Shown: in pieces, positions 12,106-24,461 of the stretch
Layout of the letters: every line of letters starts with the position of its first letter
How positions within the stretch are numbered: the first letter of the stretch is position 1
Source of the DNA: Moniliella sp. 'wahieum'
Taxonomy: Eukaryota
Assembly: GCA_003971905.1 (NCBI GenBank)
Contig: RSEE01000021.1
Coordinates: forward strand, 434,001 to 498,000
Direction: 5' to 3'
Length of the DNA stretch: 64,000 nucleotides
Position numbers and translations under genes: made by a program
Notes under the pieces: model-generated
Told to the model about the DNA's origin: nothing
The model's input: only the letters and a program-made list of their open reading frames with translations
Databases searched by the model: none

Positions 12106-13668
12106 AGTACCGTATACATAAGGGCTAAGGAGAGAGTATACAAACGTAGAGAACAGGAGGCTCACAATAAACGCACACTCAGCGGCTCAGGATTCCACGG
12201 GCGCACACACGGCTCACATATGCACGAGAAGGGAGCAGTCAGAGATAGTTTCTTGCAAGCCCCAACGCGTAACGCGGGTCCGATCTCGAGGGCCAGAGGG
12301 AGAGAGAAAGTCTTCGGCTTCTTGTGGCAATGGCTTGGACGCTGAGCTATGACATAAGGTGTGGGATCACTGATCCCATCGTCTAGTCGAGTTTCTCACG
12401 ACGCCAAAATTGGGTGGAAAAGTCGATGACCGGTGCCGGTGAGGTGCAGACAAGCATATCAGTGGGTGACATCAATGTCAGTAAGGTGTGGCGCAGGACG
12501 CCTGAGGTCAGGTCTGGGAGGGTGCGCGATGGACACACCGCGGCGGGCAGAGGGGTGGCCGGTGGCCGGTGGCTGCCAGAGCTTGGGTGGACAGCGCGTA
12601 GGGACCAGAGGAACGGGAGAACAGAGAACCGGTGGGGCCTCCGGGACAGTACCGCGCCAAGGAGATGTACCACTTAGCTCGTAACAGTGTAACTAAGTAC
12701 GAACCGTAACTGTGTGGGTTGGCTCACAGGGTAGAATGCCCGAACAATGAGATGATGCGTGACACGTTATGATCGATGATAACTTTGAACGTGGAACGTG
12801 ATTAGACCGATTAAGGTTGGTGGTAATATACCCGGACATGTTTTGATGGGCACAAACCCTGTTGGGAGACAGGAAAACGCAGTACTGTTTTTAAGCGCAT
12901 TGTTGCTGCCTGCCGGGCACAGGTGGGTTTTTCTGACGGGAGCACAGGCTGGGCGCTGGAGCGGCTGGCAGCCAAACGGTACATCTGAAGCATCCAAGTG
13001 TTTGCGAGCACTCGGACTGAGGAGCGTTGAGCAAGTGACCATGGCGGTGAAAGACGGAAAGCCAGTGCGATGTGAAAACTGGGAAACCGAGCTGTAACAG
13101 AATACCGTCGCTCCGCAAGCATGTGTCAGGCTCAGTCCATGTCACGCTCCGCGCTCCGCAGGGCTCAGGCGCTAGGCCGGGGGCGAGGGAGGGCAGGGGT
13201 GGGAGGGTGCGGCTGGTGTGGTGGCAACGCCACCCACGCGCTGGAGGTGCCTGGGCACCTGCCCCTGCCACCGGTGGGGGGGGCGAAGCAGGGGCGGCAC
13301 TAGGCCGCAGGGGGGGGGGGCGCACGCGTGGGATGGGTGATGGGGATGGCGCATGTGTGGCATGCCAGGGCCATGTGCGTGTGACATGTGATGCATGCAA
13401 CCACGGCGGCAGCGGCCACTCGAGCGAGGCAGCCAGCCAGCAGCCCAGGCCGCACCCAAGCCAGCTGCTGTCGCCTCTGCAACCCTTAGGCCTTACTCAG
13501 TAACTGTACTCCTACTCACATCTCAGACGCGGTACGCCTTCAAATTTCAACCCCGAACGAGCGACTCGACCCGCTTCCAGGCGTGCCTTATTTCTGCCGG
13601 CCAGCCACGCCCGCCGCTCGACGCCCCCACCGCCCCCACCTCGCCATCCCCCCCGCCAGCCTGCCAGC

Positions 13669-16600
13669 ATGGCCGGCCCCGCCTGGCCCGTGTCGGGTGC
13701 CTGCCTGGCTCTGGCCATCCTTGCTGCGCTTCCCGTCCCCGCCGGTGCCCAGAACGCGGCCCCACGGCGGCTCCAATCGGGCCCCCAGGCCACCTCCGAG
13801 TCCGGCGGCAGATCGCCGTCTCGCTCTGGGTCAACGGCGGCGTGTTCTGCCATCGAGATCATTCTTTTCCTCATGCTGCGCCCGCGCTTCAAGAAGGTCT
13901 ACGCCCCTCGCACCTTTCTTGGCCCCAAATCCAAGCGTGTGCCTCCCCAGCCCAACTCCCTCTTTGGCTGGATCGTCCCCGTCGTCAAGGCATCCAAGTT
14001 TGACATCCTCGCTACCCAGGGCCTGGACGCGTTTGTCTACCTCGAGTATCTCGAGATGAACATTGTTATCTTCCTCCCCATCTTTTTCTTACCTTTGTCA
14101 TCCTCATGCCCATCTACTCCACCGGCATCACCGCCCACAAGAGCGGCATCGACCAGCTCACCTTTGCCAATGTCGGCCGAGAGCAGACGGCACAACTGCG
14201 CTACATTGCCACCTTGTGATCCAGCTGTGTGCACAGTGTGGACGTGTTTTGTGGTGCATGCCAAGGTCAAGAATGTGGTCACCATTCGCCAAGACTACCC
14301 ACCTCTCCGCGCCATACCCAGTCGGCCCAAGCTCGTACCATCCTCGTCACCGGCATTCCCAACAACCTCCTCTCCGAGAAGCGCCTGACCAAAATGTACT
14401 CCCACCTCCTGGTGGTGTGGCCAAAGTGTGGATCAACCGCAATATGCGTGACTGCCCGCGCTTGTTTCGCAACGCGTCAAGTGGACCGAAAAGCTGGAGG
14501 AGGCACAGACCCAGTACATCCTCAAGGCGTACAAACTGGTCGCAAGGGCAAGCTCGCAGTCCAAGAGGTGTACACTCCGGATGGTGTCGTTACCCAGTTC
14601 ACCGCCACGGAAGACGAGATTGCCCGCCTCCTGCCCCGCCCCACCTATCGCGACAGCCGGATTCCTTTTCGGGGGGAGAAACACAATACCTTGGACCTTT
14701 GTCGCGCACAGATTGTGCGTCTGAACCAGGAAATTGATCAGCGACGCCGCGAGATGGCCAGGAATAGGAAAAAGTATCCCCCCAAGAACTCTGCATTTAT
14801 TCTTTTCATCAACAAATTGCTGCCTATCTCGCCCTACTCGGCCCAGACCATCACCTTCCATACATGATGGTCAACCGCTACTTTGAAGCTCACCCGAAGG
14901 ATATTGTTTGGGCCAACCTCAACGTGAATCCGTATGAGAAAAGATCCGAACCTCGGTCTTTTGGGCGAGCGACATGGGGGATGGTGCTGTTCTGGGTATC
15001 CCCGTCGCCCTCGTTGGGTGATCTCCAACATTGATGCACTGGTCAAGGTGGTTCACTTTCTGGATTCATGACGCACATGGCTCCTCCGCAGATGATTCAA
15101 GGCATGTTCCTTCTGCTATGCTAGCCCTCGTCAATTCCTGCTTGCCCATTGTTCTGGCATATTTGGTCGCTGTCGGGCGAGCCAACGCGCACGTCGATCG
15201 AGCTTTCCCTCATGGACCGGATGTTCTACTTTAACTTTTTCCAGAACTTTCTCTTTCTCACCATCGTTTCCGGCTCCGTGTCGGACATTACCAACTTTAT
15301 TTACTCCTTGGCCAATCCCCTACCGCGTTTCCGGGCGACGTGGCCGGTGCGATCCCACAAGGCGCAACCTTTTTCATCGCGTACATCATGCTTGCAGGTG
15401 TCCAAGGCGCCTCCGCTGGGTTGCTGCAAGTGGTGCCGTTTGCCCTGTACTACATTCGCAAATTCGTCTTTGGCCAGTCACCTCGCGGGGTGTGGCGGAC
15501 AGACAACCATCTGTTCAGAGGCGAATGGGGTGTGCTCTTTCCCAACACGACCCTCATCACGATCATTGCCACAGGCTACATGGTGATTGCACCCTTAGTC
15601 TCTCTGTTTGCCTTGACAACATTTGCCTGTATTGGCTGTTGTACCGCTACCAACTGATCTACGTCTGGCTCCAGCGCCCTGCTCACGAGACGCTGGGCCT
15701 TTACTTTCCCCGTGCCATTGACCAGTTCTTTTGGGGGCTGTACCTCGAGATGGTCATGCTCGCTGCCCTCTTCTTCCTTGCCGGTGCGCCGAACTCAAGG
15801 GGGATCCAGAAACAAACTGCCTTACCAGAAGGTACGTCCTCTCTGCCCTCTGTATCCTTTGCATTGTAATGCAAGAGAAGACTAACGTACTTACGAATAT
15901 GATAGGTGCGCTGATGGTGATCTTGATTGTGGGTGTCGCCTGTTTCCACTTTTTTCTCAACGACTCGTACAAGCCGCTTCTCACCACCCTTCCCTCAGCT
16001 TGGTGCACGACGATGATGAGTTGTTGCGCGAGCTGCACGACGAAGAGCTTGAGGACGAAGAACGGCAGGGTGAGATTGTTGCTGGGCCCATGATGGACGA
16101 CCCAGAGGAAGCGGATGAAGAAGTGGACGAGACGCTCTCGTCTTCCCACGATTTTCCCTCGGCCCCTGATTACCTCCCCTAGTTCGGAACTGCCACCACC
16201 GTTTTCGGTGGAACCGACTTCTAGGCAGGAAGGCGAAAAATCGCTGGGGGAAGAAACGCTGATGGAATCGTTGTGGGGAACCACACAATGGCAATCTTGG
16301 GCGAGAAGACCAACATGCAAACGATTCGGGGAGAAAAGATGCCACAAACGCCGCCTACGGCCAAGGTCCCGCCCCCGATTCTTGTCCCCACCACGTCCTC
16401 CAGCACCACTGGTACCCCTTCATCTGCTCGTCCGCCGTCCAGTTGGATGCCTTCACGGAAGAATTCGAGGGACCCAACGATCCAGTGGGCCGATGTGGAG
16501 TTGGAGGGCCCGTTGTCTCCGTTGGCGCTCAAGTCCTCTGGCATATCCTTAGCGCAGTCGGGGGGATATTTGCTTCACAAGGATTCGAGCGGGTCCTTGG

Positions 16601-17649
16601 GCCCCAATCCGGTGTCTCCGTTGGCTCACAAAGCCTCTGGATCTTCCTTGACTCCGTCCGAGGGACCTTTAGCTCACAAAGCATCCAACGGGTCCTTGAC
16701 CCCGACTGTGATTCGCACCAGCTCGATTTCCAGCCGCTTGCCGAAGCACCAACACACTCAGAGTGCTCCTCTTGCTGTCGTGGCGCCAATGGAAATCCTT
16801 GCCTCCCCCCACTTGGCCAACCAGCCTCTGGCCCCCTCACCCAGTACCCCTGTCTTGGGCTTGCCTGGCGTGTCGGACGTACCGCTCCTTTCGCCTGCCT
16901 CCTCGAAAGTGTCAAGAGTGACGCAGGTACGGCCGCCCTTGGACCAACCCGAGCCTCTGCCCCCCCTCGGTCAGCCTGCACCAAACCCGCCCGAGCCTAG
17001 GCAAAAAAGAATCGACCGTGCTCTTGACCAAGGAAAAGAGTGTGCAAGAACGCAAACCTTCCTATACCTGGGGCAGCTTTTTCTCTCTCCCGACCTTGCT
17101 CCGACAAGGTTCCCTGCCCCCCCTCTTGCCTACCAGCTCTCTCCCGCGGCGATACCGATGCCACCCTGGCCCGGAGAAGGGAGAAAAAGGAGAGAAGACA
17201 GAGAAAGCAGTGTCTCCTCCCGGCCTGAGGCGGGATGGCGCCGCACGCTCACCCTTAGCTCGCTCAATGTCCCCATCTCCAAGCGTTCACTTACTGCGCC
17301 CTTGGGGTTTATGCGGGTGGCGGACCAAGCGCGTGAGCACCGTTCGCAACGCTCGTTGTTTGAACGAGAATTCCACGTTGACTATGACGAGTTGATGAGC
17401 GCGTTCCTCCACCCCGCAGCTCGGGAAGAGCAGTGCCCCTCTGGTACCCGCAGGACGAGTTTGGCTTGGCCCACCAAGCTTTGGCCCAGGCCCAAGCCGC
17501 TGGGTTGGCCGCTACCACCGATGGCGCGCGGGTGGACAAGACGGTGGTTCATTATGGAGTGGGCAAGCTCCGGTTCGAGCATCCCACCGAAGCCATCACT
17601 GTCTCTGCACCCCACCCCCGGCGAACCGTGGGAAACGAACATTGATTGA
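13669..17649 (+). CDS. OSCA/TMEM63 (DUF221; Csc1/Rsn1/Phm7 family) stress-gated cation channel with a long low-complexity C-terminal insert and a PHM7_ext-like tail
   Basis: LFLMLRPRFKKVYAPRT, SLFGWI, GLDAFVYLEYL, SAQARTILVTGIP, NSAFILF, P.DIVWANL, FYFNFFQNFLFLTIVSG, ATFFIAYIML, EWGVLFPNTTL...YMVIAPL, YRYQLIYV...ETLGLYFPRAIDQFFWGLYL, AFLHPA...PLWYPQDEFG. Intron 15832-15905. Confidence 0.95.
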
Positions 17650-19020
17650 TTGAACTTGATTGATCTCCATACCCTTTGCTCTCCCTTGGGCTCCCTTTTC
17701 CTCTTTCGTGGATCTCCTTTGCACTCCTCTCGTTGGTGAATCCCCTGCCACATCTCTTCAGGTCATCGTTAGTTCTCGAATCGGACACTCGACACCCACA
17801 TCCTACTCAAGGCACATCTTCATCCCCACCCCACCCCTCCATACATCTTTATTTTCCCACACACTGCCAGCTTGACTGGTTAGACACACATGTCCTCTAT
17901 TGTCTCTTATGCATCGCGTGGGTAGCCTGTTTGGTTCAGCACCTAGCATTTTGCGCGTAGGTTTGGGGTAATCGTAGCCTGCGAGGCCACCATACTGACC
18001 ACAACTAGCCTAGCGAACACCGAGGCAGGGAACCCGGAGCCTCTCTCGCACCGCTGTCCCGCATGTATGACTCTGTGCGGCTCCGTGGAAAGCAAGACTT
18101 GCCCTGCCGTTCACGGACGAAAAAACGCGGCCCGGACGCATCCTCCTATTAGCCATGGTGGGAACAACCTGAGGCCTGATGTGTCTCCAGTATTTGGTCG
18201 AAACAGAGGACGCGGGCTGCGGGCTCGACTGACGACCCGGTTGCTCGCTTCGATTGACTCTGCTGCCCATCTCGCCCGCTCATGGCCATGCTCACCATGT
18301 TTGACAATCCCCGTCCCGTCCTATCAACAGTCGTGGGCCAGCAGCGGGGAACGGCCCAGCGAAACACGTTCTGCACATCAGGCCCACGGTCGGTGCTGTA
18401 GTAGCCGTCGTGGCCCCACCTAATATAGGTCCGCTTAGCTATGCTCTCCTGCTGGAGCAAGACGAGGCTGATGGTGTGCATACTCACTGGCGGTCCGAAC
18501 AAACCTCATCGGCCACCGCGATGGCTAACACGGCCACGACATGAGGAAGCGGCGATGCACTGGCCCTCCCCCGTGTGCCACCTGGACTTTTAGTGGGGTG
18601 TTGGTGCTAGGCGGGGGGCACGCGGGCACGCGGTCACTTTCTCTCAGGCAACACATTGTCAGCGGGGTTCGCCTGGCTTTTGGTAGGGTCCCGAGCAGAA
18701 AGGACAGACGCGGCTTGGGTGCGTGTCATTCGTAGTAATGGCAACTTGAAGGGGGCGTGTTGTTGGTGCCACATCCCTTGATGACCTATTAGTGTGGTTT
18801 GACAAAAGGGTGAGAGCACTATATCAGGGCGATGGGTGGCTGCGTTCTCTGTCCGGCCAACACTGCGTCAATCGGGCCTCGAAGACGCCGAGTCCTCAAC
18901 GGCACCGAGGTACTCGGAATGCCACTGCGGTACGCTTTTCTACATGTAGACAATGTTGGGCGCCTATACCACGCCATGTGTGGGCAAAGAAAAAAATAAA
19001 GTACAAGCATGATTCGTTAA

Positions 19021-20282
19021 TCACAGGCGTGGGCGTACAGTAACAGACACAAAGCAAGATGGGAGGGGGAGGGAGGGGGACTGGGATCCGATACTGGTTC
19101 TACCATGGGGGGCCTCCTCCTCCATCTCGGGGCGGAACTGGTCATCGACACTCACTTGCAGTGTCAGGCCACCATAGAGGTACTGGTCAAACCGTTCCAA
19201 CGCACGACCCGCATCGATGGCGGAGGCGAACCGGACAAACCCCCGTTTTTGGCCCTGCCGCTCTTCTAGCGTTGCACTCACCAAGGGCGCAACCGTATCA
19301 AACAGATCAAACAGGTCGTCTCGCTCCGTCTCGGTGGGAAGATTGTCTACCACCAGCTGAGTTGGTTCACGCACCGGCCATGCTGGTGGCGCCGCCCGAA
19401 CGGGGAAGGCGCTCCTGCCACCGGTACCAGACCAGCGCGATCCCGCATGTCAGTACGTCGCGCACGTCACGAGCCTCACGACGGTCAGTGGGTCACGCCG
19501 TACGTCGCGGGGATCGCGCGCGTCCACCTCCCCGGGGCATGCTGCTGTCTGCTTGGGCCGAGTGGGTTAGGGCCCAGTGATCTGCGCGCACAGAGATTGC
19601 CCTCCCATTCAAGTTGGCCAAGTGTAGCTTCTCACACGCCCACCGCGCCGAAGCGGGATGGGCAAACTCAACGACCGCATCGCCATTCCGGGAACCATCC
19701 GGATGCAACAACACCTCCACCCCCAAAACTCTCCCAGCTGCCTCATCAGTTTGCGAAGTCGTGGTGGCGGTACCGCAGCATCCAAATTCCCCACCAAAAT
19801 CCGCCGCTCCCCGCGTGCGGCATGCGCTCCATCCACTCTGCGTCCCGTAGAGGAGGACGAGGATGGTCGCGTTCGCGTTCGCGCGGGTGTCGGGGCTCAG
19901 GCCTCGGTCGCTCGACATGGGGAGAGGGACGCTCATGAGGAGGGGCTCATGCGCATCCAAGATGGCGGAAGTAGGGTCGCGAACAATGGGAGGCGGAGCA
20001 GCAAGGAGCTCGCGCTGTGGGGAGGCAGGGGATCGTGCTCCTCTTCAGCTTGTGCGAGAACGGCCGCTCATCCTCCCTTGGCCCCCATGTGCGGCGCGCG
20101 GCACTGAAAGAGTCGTGACGGGGAGCTGTGCGTGGTGGGGGGGAGCGCGATCGTGAGGCACGTGGGCGGACGCGCCGACCCATCGTGGCCAGATGAGATG
20201 GGAGAGATGGGACGGGAGAGTCCAGGCTGTCTCGTCTGGCCCCATCGTCCGGCACTCTTGACCCCTCCTTAGGCCTTATCAT
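19021..20282 (-). CDS. RNA-binding protein with an Arg/Ser-rich N-terminus and two RRMs (Gbp2/Hrb1-like)
   Basis: RRM1: RRILVGNL...GSRNGDAVVEFAHPASARWACEKLHLANLNGRAISVRAD. RRM2: QLVVDNLP.....DDLFDLF...RGFVRFASAIDAGRALERFDQYLYGGLTLQV. N-terminal RASRSRSPPPR. Confidence 0.8.
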
Positions 20283-20604
20283 TCATTCCGCCTCAGCGTC
20301 CCACAGTCCATTCCGCTACGCTGGCTCCAACTACAGTCTACCGCACGCGCACAAGCAACAAGAGGCCATTTTGGGATGCTTTCGCCTGTCCTGGCTGGAG
20401 TGTTTCCGCAAAGAAGATCGATCGCAGTGGTTGTAACAGGCAGATGCAGGGGAAGAATACATGGGAAGAGGGGGCATGCCAAACAAATGTTCGGGGTTGA
20501 TGGGGTAAGGGCGGTGAGGGATGGGCCCGCCACAACCACAGCAGATTAGGGTGGGGGGCGTGGCCCATCAAGCAATAACAGGAACGGGAAATATGTCAAA
20601 AAAA

Positions 20605-21604
20605 TTAATCGTTCACCTTGAGGAACGGGTCAGCCTCTTGTTGGGCCGCAGTGCGTTTGAACGCAACGATGCCCACAATCACCCCGCAGGCAAAGAACCC
20701 GACAGCGATCAAAAGCCAGATAAACCCGTGGCATTGTGGTGTGCCACCAAAGAGCTTGGCGAACGCCGATGCATCCGATTCGTTTACCTTGCGGAAGATG
20801 AGGTCATCACAGATGTCCCAGATACAGTAAAGGCAATTGTGGACTCCCTGTCGGCGTCGAATGGGTCAGTGGTGGGAAGGATAGACGCCAAGGAGGCACG
20901 CACAATGAACAATACGAAGAAGCGGAGCGCTACTGAATCCTTGATGAACCAGAATGCTAGGAAGACTGTGCGAAGGGTTAGTGGGGATGTATAGCTTTTG
21001 AGGTGGGACGGGACGTACGGCCAATCCAGATCTAGCATGCAACAGGTGATGGGTTAGTGGGTTGAAAAATTGCCAGTTAGCATCCTTTGTGACAGAGAAA
21101 GAGGAAAAGATAACACAATGACTAGAAGCCATGAAACCAATCACGTCGAGCCCACCAGAGAGTGATGAGGAAAAAGACGCCCACGACAATCGAGGCAATC
21201 TTGGAAGCCTTCTCGTCAAACCCGCAGGCAATGAGGGCGGCACCAATAAAGGCACTTCCTGTATACCCGGCTGGAAGAGTCAGGGCTGGGATCCCACCAC
21301 GCATCCGGGTCACGCCCCCCTCGTAGGGGTCGAGCTCGATGCTCTCGATCTTGGCGCAAGTGAGCAAGCCAACGGCAGCATGGGAGAATTCGTGGAAACC
21401 AACGGCAAGGAGACGGAAGGGGTAGAAGACCCAATTTACCACCGGCAGCCAGCTCAAGAGCGCAATACCGGCAATGTAACAGCAGGCCACGATCACCACC
21501 ACTTTTTGGTCCGAGGTGAGAGCGAGACGGTTGGTCGACGTGCTGCCGCTCCCGTCGTTCCACTCCCACCCACGTTCATAGAGGGCATAAGGCAATGCTG
21601 GCAT
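20605..21604 (-). CDS. Peptidase M50B-like multi-pass membrane protein
   Basis: HExxH motif in YPFRLLAVGFHEFSHA, then IELDPYEGGVTRMRGG and LPAGYTGS. The last exon reads GVHNCLYCIWDICDDLIFRKVNESDASAFAKLFGG...* (TAA at 20605). Short introns lie around 20850-20900 and 21040-21120. Confidence 0.9.
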
Positions 21605-22885
21605 AATCAGGCTGAAGTTGAAGAGTCAAGCCAGTCGAGGTTGTCGAGGATGGGCACGAGACGGGGCACAGAGGGTGGTGGGAGAAGCAATAGGCCGGCA
21701 GCGTTACGGACCCCCTCGGTGTTTTTGAACGTCTACCGTTAAGCGGAGTACCGCCCTGTGCTGCGCTGCGCCACTCGCACTTGAGACTGGGCTCGTGCTG
21801 CGCCGGCTGCGCAGCGATCCTGGCTGATCCAGTGCGGCCGCCCGAGGAGCCAAGGCAGGAGGGCTGTACACTTAAAGCGCGGCAGAACACAGGTCGCAGT
21901 CGTAGTCACTCATGTGGCAGTCACTAGTCATAGCCAGTCACCTAGTCCCCGGTCCCCGGTCACCGGTCACCCGTCACCCGTCACCCGTCACCCGTCACCA
22001 ACTCCGAAGTCTGACTCAGTGTTGACAGACTAGTTTTATAGGCCCTCAGAGCTGAGCGCTGGTACACTGGCAGCCAATGAGATCTGAGAAATGATGTCCG
22101 TGTTGGTGGGTTTGCCAGCCCCTGCCGCCGCGATCCATCCAGCTGCCCAGTCAATGCACCCTATAGTCAAGCTTACGCTCGAACTCGTCCGATACGCTGC
22201 GGCTGCGCGTCCCCTACTATTAAGAAAGGGATCAACGTTCAACTTGATCAGCAAGCTTGAAGCTTGAAGCTTGAAGGGCCGCCATCAGCCTGTAAAAAAA
22301 CACACTTGTGTCCAGATTTGATTCCTCAATGGGCATATGCGGGGTGCGGGAATGAGGAGAGCTGCCTGTGAGCTAGAGATTTCAGCGTAATTGTGGACTT
22401 TGGGATGCGCTCTGCTGTATGGCTGTCACTCTTGGGGCAGTCGTGAGCGAGAAGGGCAAAGCTTGGAAAACCTGCTGTGCTGGGGTGGGAGTACGATCAT
22501 TGATCGGAATGATCAGTCTCGCGAGTCAGTACTCAGTCAGTACTCAGTTGATATGGTCTTGTAGGTTGGCAGTGCTGGACACAATGCCCAGACAGCATCG
22601 TATTGGCTGTCCCAGATCTCAATATTCAATTTACAATGTTCAATATTCAATCGCGTCAATCTTCAAAATTGAAAATTGAATCGCACGGAAGAATTACATA
22701 ACACGGTTGATTGTATTCCGAATTCCGGCGCGCGCGCACGGTCCACGGTCCTTCAAATTTTTCTGCGCGCTGCGCGCGGTTTCTTCTCTCTTCCACCTAC
22801 CGCTTTTGCCTCGAGTCGACAAGCTTGTGTATGTCCTGCTCGTTCTCTCTCGTTGCCCGCTTTTCTGACCCCCCATTATCAGATA

Positions 22886-23671
22886 ATGGCGCCTTTCGAT
22901 TTGGAACAGAACCAGCCGCAGGAAGTGCCTGCTGAGCTGCAAGCTGAGCTGGAGCAGCTCCAGAAGGAGGCTGCCGCTGTCGACCTGAGCATGATGACAA
23001 AGGCCATGAAGGCGCACGCGCCCCTTGACGCCAAGCGCGGGGAGATTGTTCGCAAGATCCCCCACTTCTGGGCCCAGACAGTTATGAACTCCTCGCTTGC
23101 CACTTTCCTCGACGCGGAGGATGTAGAGGCGATGGCTTACCTCGAGGACCTCAAGGTCGAATACCCTAGCCTCGAGCAGGGTGACCCCCGGCCCGTCACG
23201 ATCACCTTCACTTTCGGTGAGAACCCCTACTTCTCCAACAAAGAGCTCGTCAAGGCGTTTACCATCAAGGAGGATGCTCCCGCCCCCGAACCTGAATTTG
23301 ATCTGGCCGACGTGGCGGTGACGGAAGCTACCGAGATTGCGTGGAAGGACGATGAACACAACTTGGCCAAGAAGAACCCGCATGTCAAGGGGGAGGATGA
23401 GGACGACTTTGAACCGGGCAGCTTCTTCTCCCATTTCTTCCAGGGTACCGACCTGGAGGTGGCTGGTCCTGTGGCTACTGCCATTGTGGCGGATCTGTGG
23501 CAGCACCCGACCGGTATTTACACTGGCACTCATGACGGTGTTGACCTCGGCGCGCTGGAGTTTGAAGACTCGGATGAGGATGATGAGGACGAGGACGAAG
23601 ACGAAGACCCTGAGGCTGAGATTGATCTCGAGGAGGACGAGCGCCCGAAGAAGAAGGCGAAGAAGGACTAA
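22886..23671 (+). CDS. NAP/SET-family nucleosome assembly protein (Vps75/SET-like histone chaperone)
   Basis: Intact ORF: PLDAKRGEIVRKIPHFW, YLEDLKVEY, ITFTFGENPYFSNKELVK, TEIAWK, SFFSHFF, IVADLWQHP; acidic tail and C-terminal NLS RPKKKAKK. Confidence 0.95.
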   Translation: MAPFDLEQNQPQEVPAELQAELEQLQKEAAAVDLSMMTKAMKAHAPLDAKRGEIVRKIPHFWAQTVMNSSLATFLDAEDVEAMAYLEDLKVEYPSLEQGDPRPVTITFTFGENPYFSNKELVKAFTIKEDAPAPEPEFDLADVAVTEATEIAWKDDEHNLAKKNPHVKGEDEDDFEPGSFFSHFFQGTDLEVAGPVATAIVADLWQHPTGIYTGTHDGVDLGALEFEDSDEDDEDEDEDEDPEAEIDLEEDERPKKKAKKD

Positions 23672-24379
23672 GCAGGCCTATTATCTTTGTTTCTCAGAAT
23701 CTTATACCAGCTTACCATTTGATGTGCTGATCTAACATAAAACGTGCATAGCCGAGAAAATGCCTGTGTAGTGTAGTAGCCCGGTCGGAAGACAAACGGA
23801 TGACGGGGATGACGCGCTGAAGGAAAAGTAGGCAGGAAATCAGCAAACTGACGAGAGAAAGACCTCTTGATCTCTTGTTCCACTAATCCATTAGTGCGAG
23901 CGGGGGGATCTCCTTCATCGCTTTCCAGATTGTGGGAACGGTAATTGCTCCTTTAGCATATGTGCAGTTCATAACGCCCTCTGTGGACCACCGAGGCACT
24001 GGTAGATGTGGAGACCAACAATAGACCGTTTTTCAGTGAGAGGATTCCGAAGCGCCAGTCAAAGTGGGATTGTGTTTAAGATGGATCTGGGCAAGAATAA
24101 GTGCTTGCGTGAAGCGACTGTTGAGCAGCAGAGGCTCGGCGTACGAAAAGCAGGATGAGAGTACTAATGTGCGGGCCTTATCCACCCAGTCCTCCAATGG
24201 TCTTGTCAAACAGTCACGCAGGCAACTTCACGAGGCAATTGGCCTACTGGGCTCCCGGGTAAACAAACACCCACACTCACTCTCCCTGGAGTCGAGGACC
24301 ACTGTACTTTTTGCCTAGAAGGCAGATCTGACAGCAAGGAAGAAGTTAGGTAGTTAGGCAGGATGACGATGAAAAAAAT

Positions 24380-24461
24380 CTCTCCGACCGGGAATCGAAC
24401 CCGGGTCTCGTCCGAACACGTTTTTGACAGGGACGTGTCATAGCCACTAAACTATCGGAGA
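24380..24461 (-). tRNA. tRNA-Asp(GTC) with a 10-nt canonical intron
   Basis: Reverse complement reads TCTCCGATAGTTTAGTGGCTATGACA CGTCC CTGTCA [AAAACGTGTT] C GGACG AGA CCCGGGTTCGATTCCCGG TCGGAGA G. It has a 7-bp acceptor stem, a T-loop GTTCGATTC and a G discriminator. An oligo-T Pol III terminator follows at 24372-24378. Confidence 0.97.
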
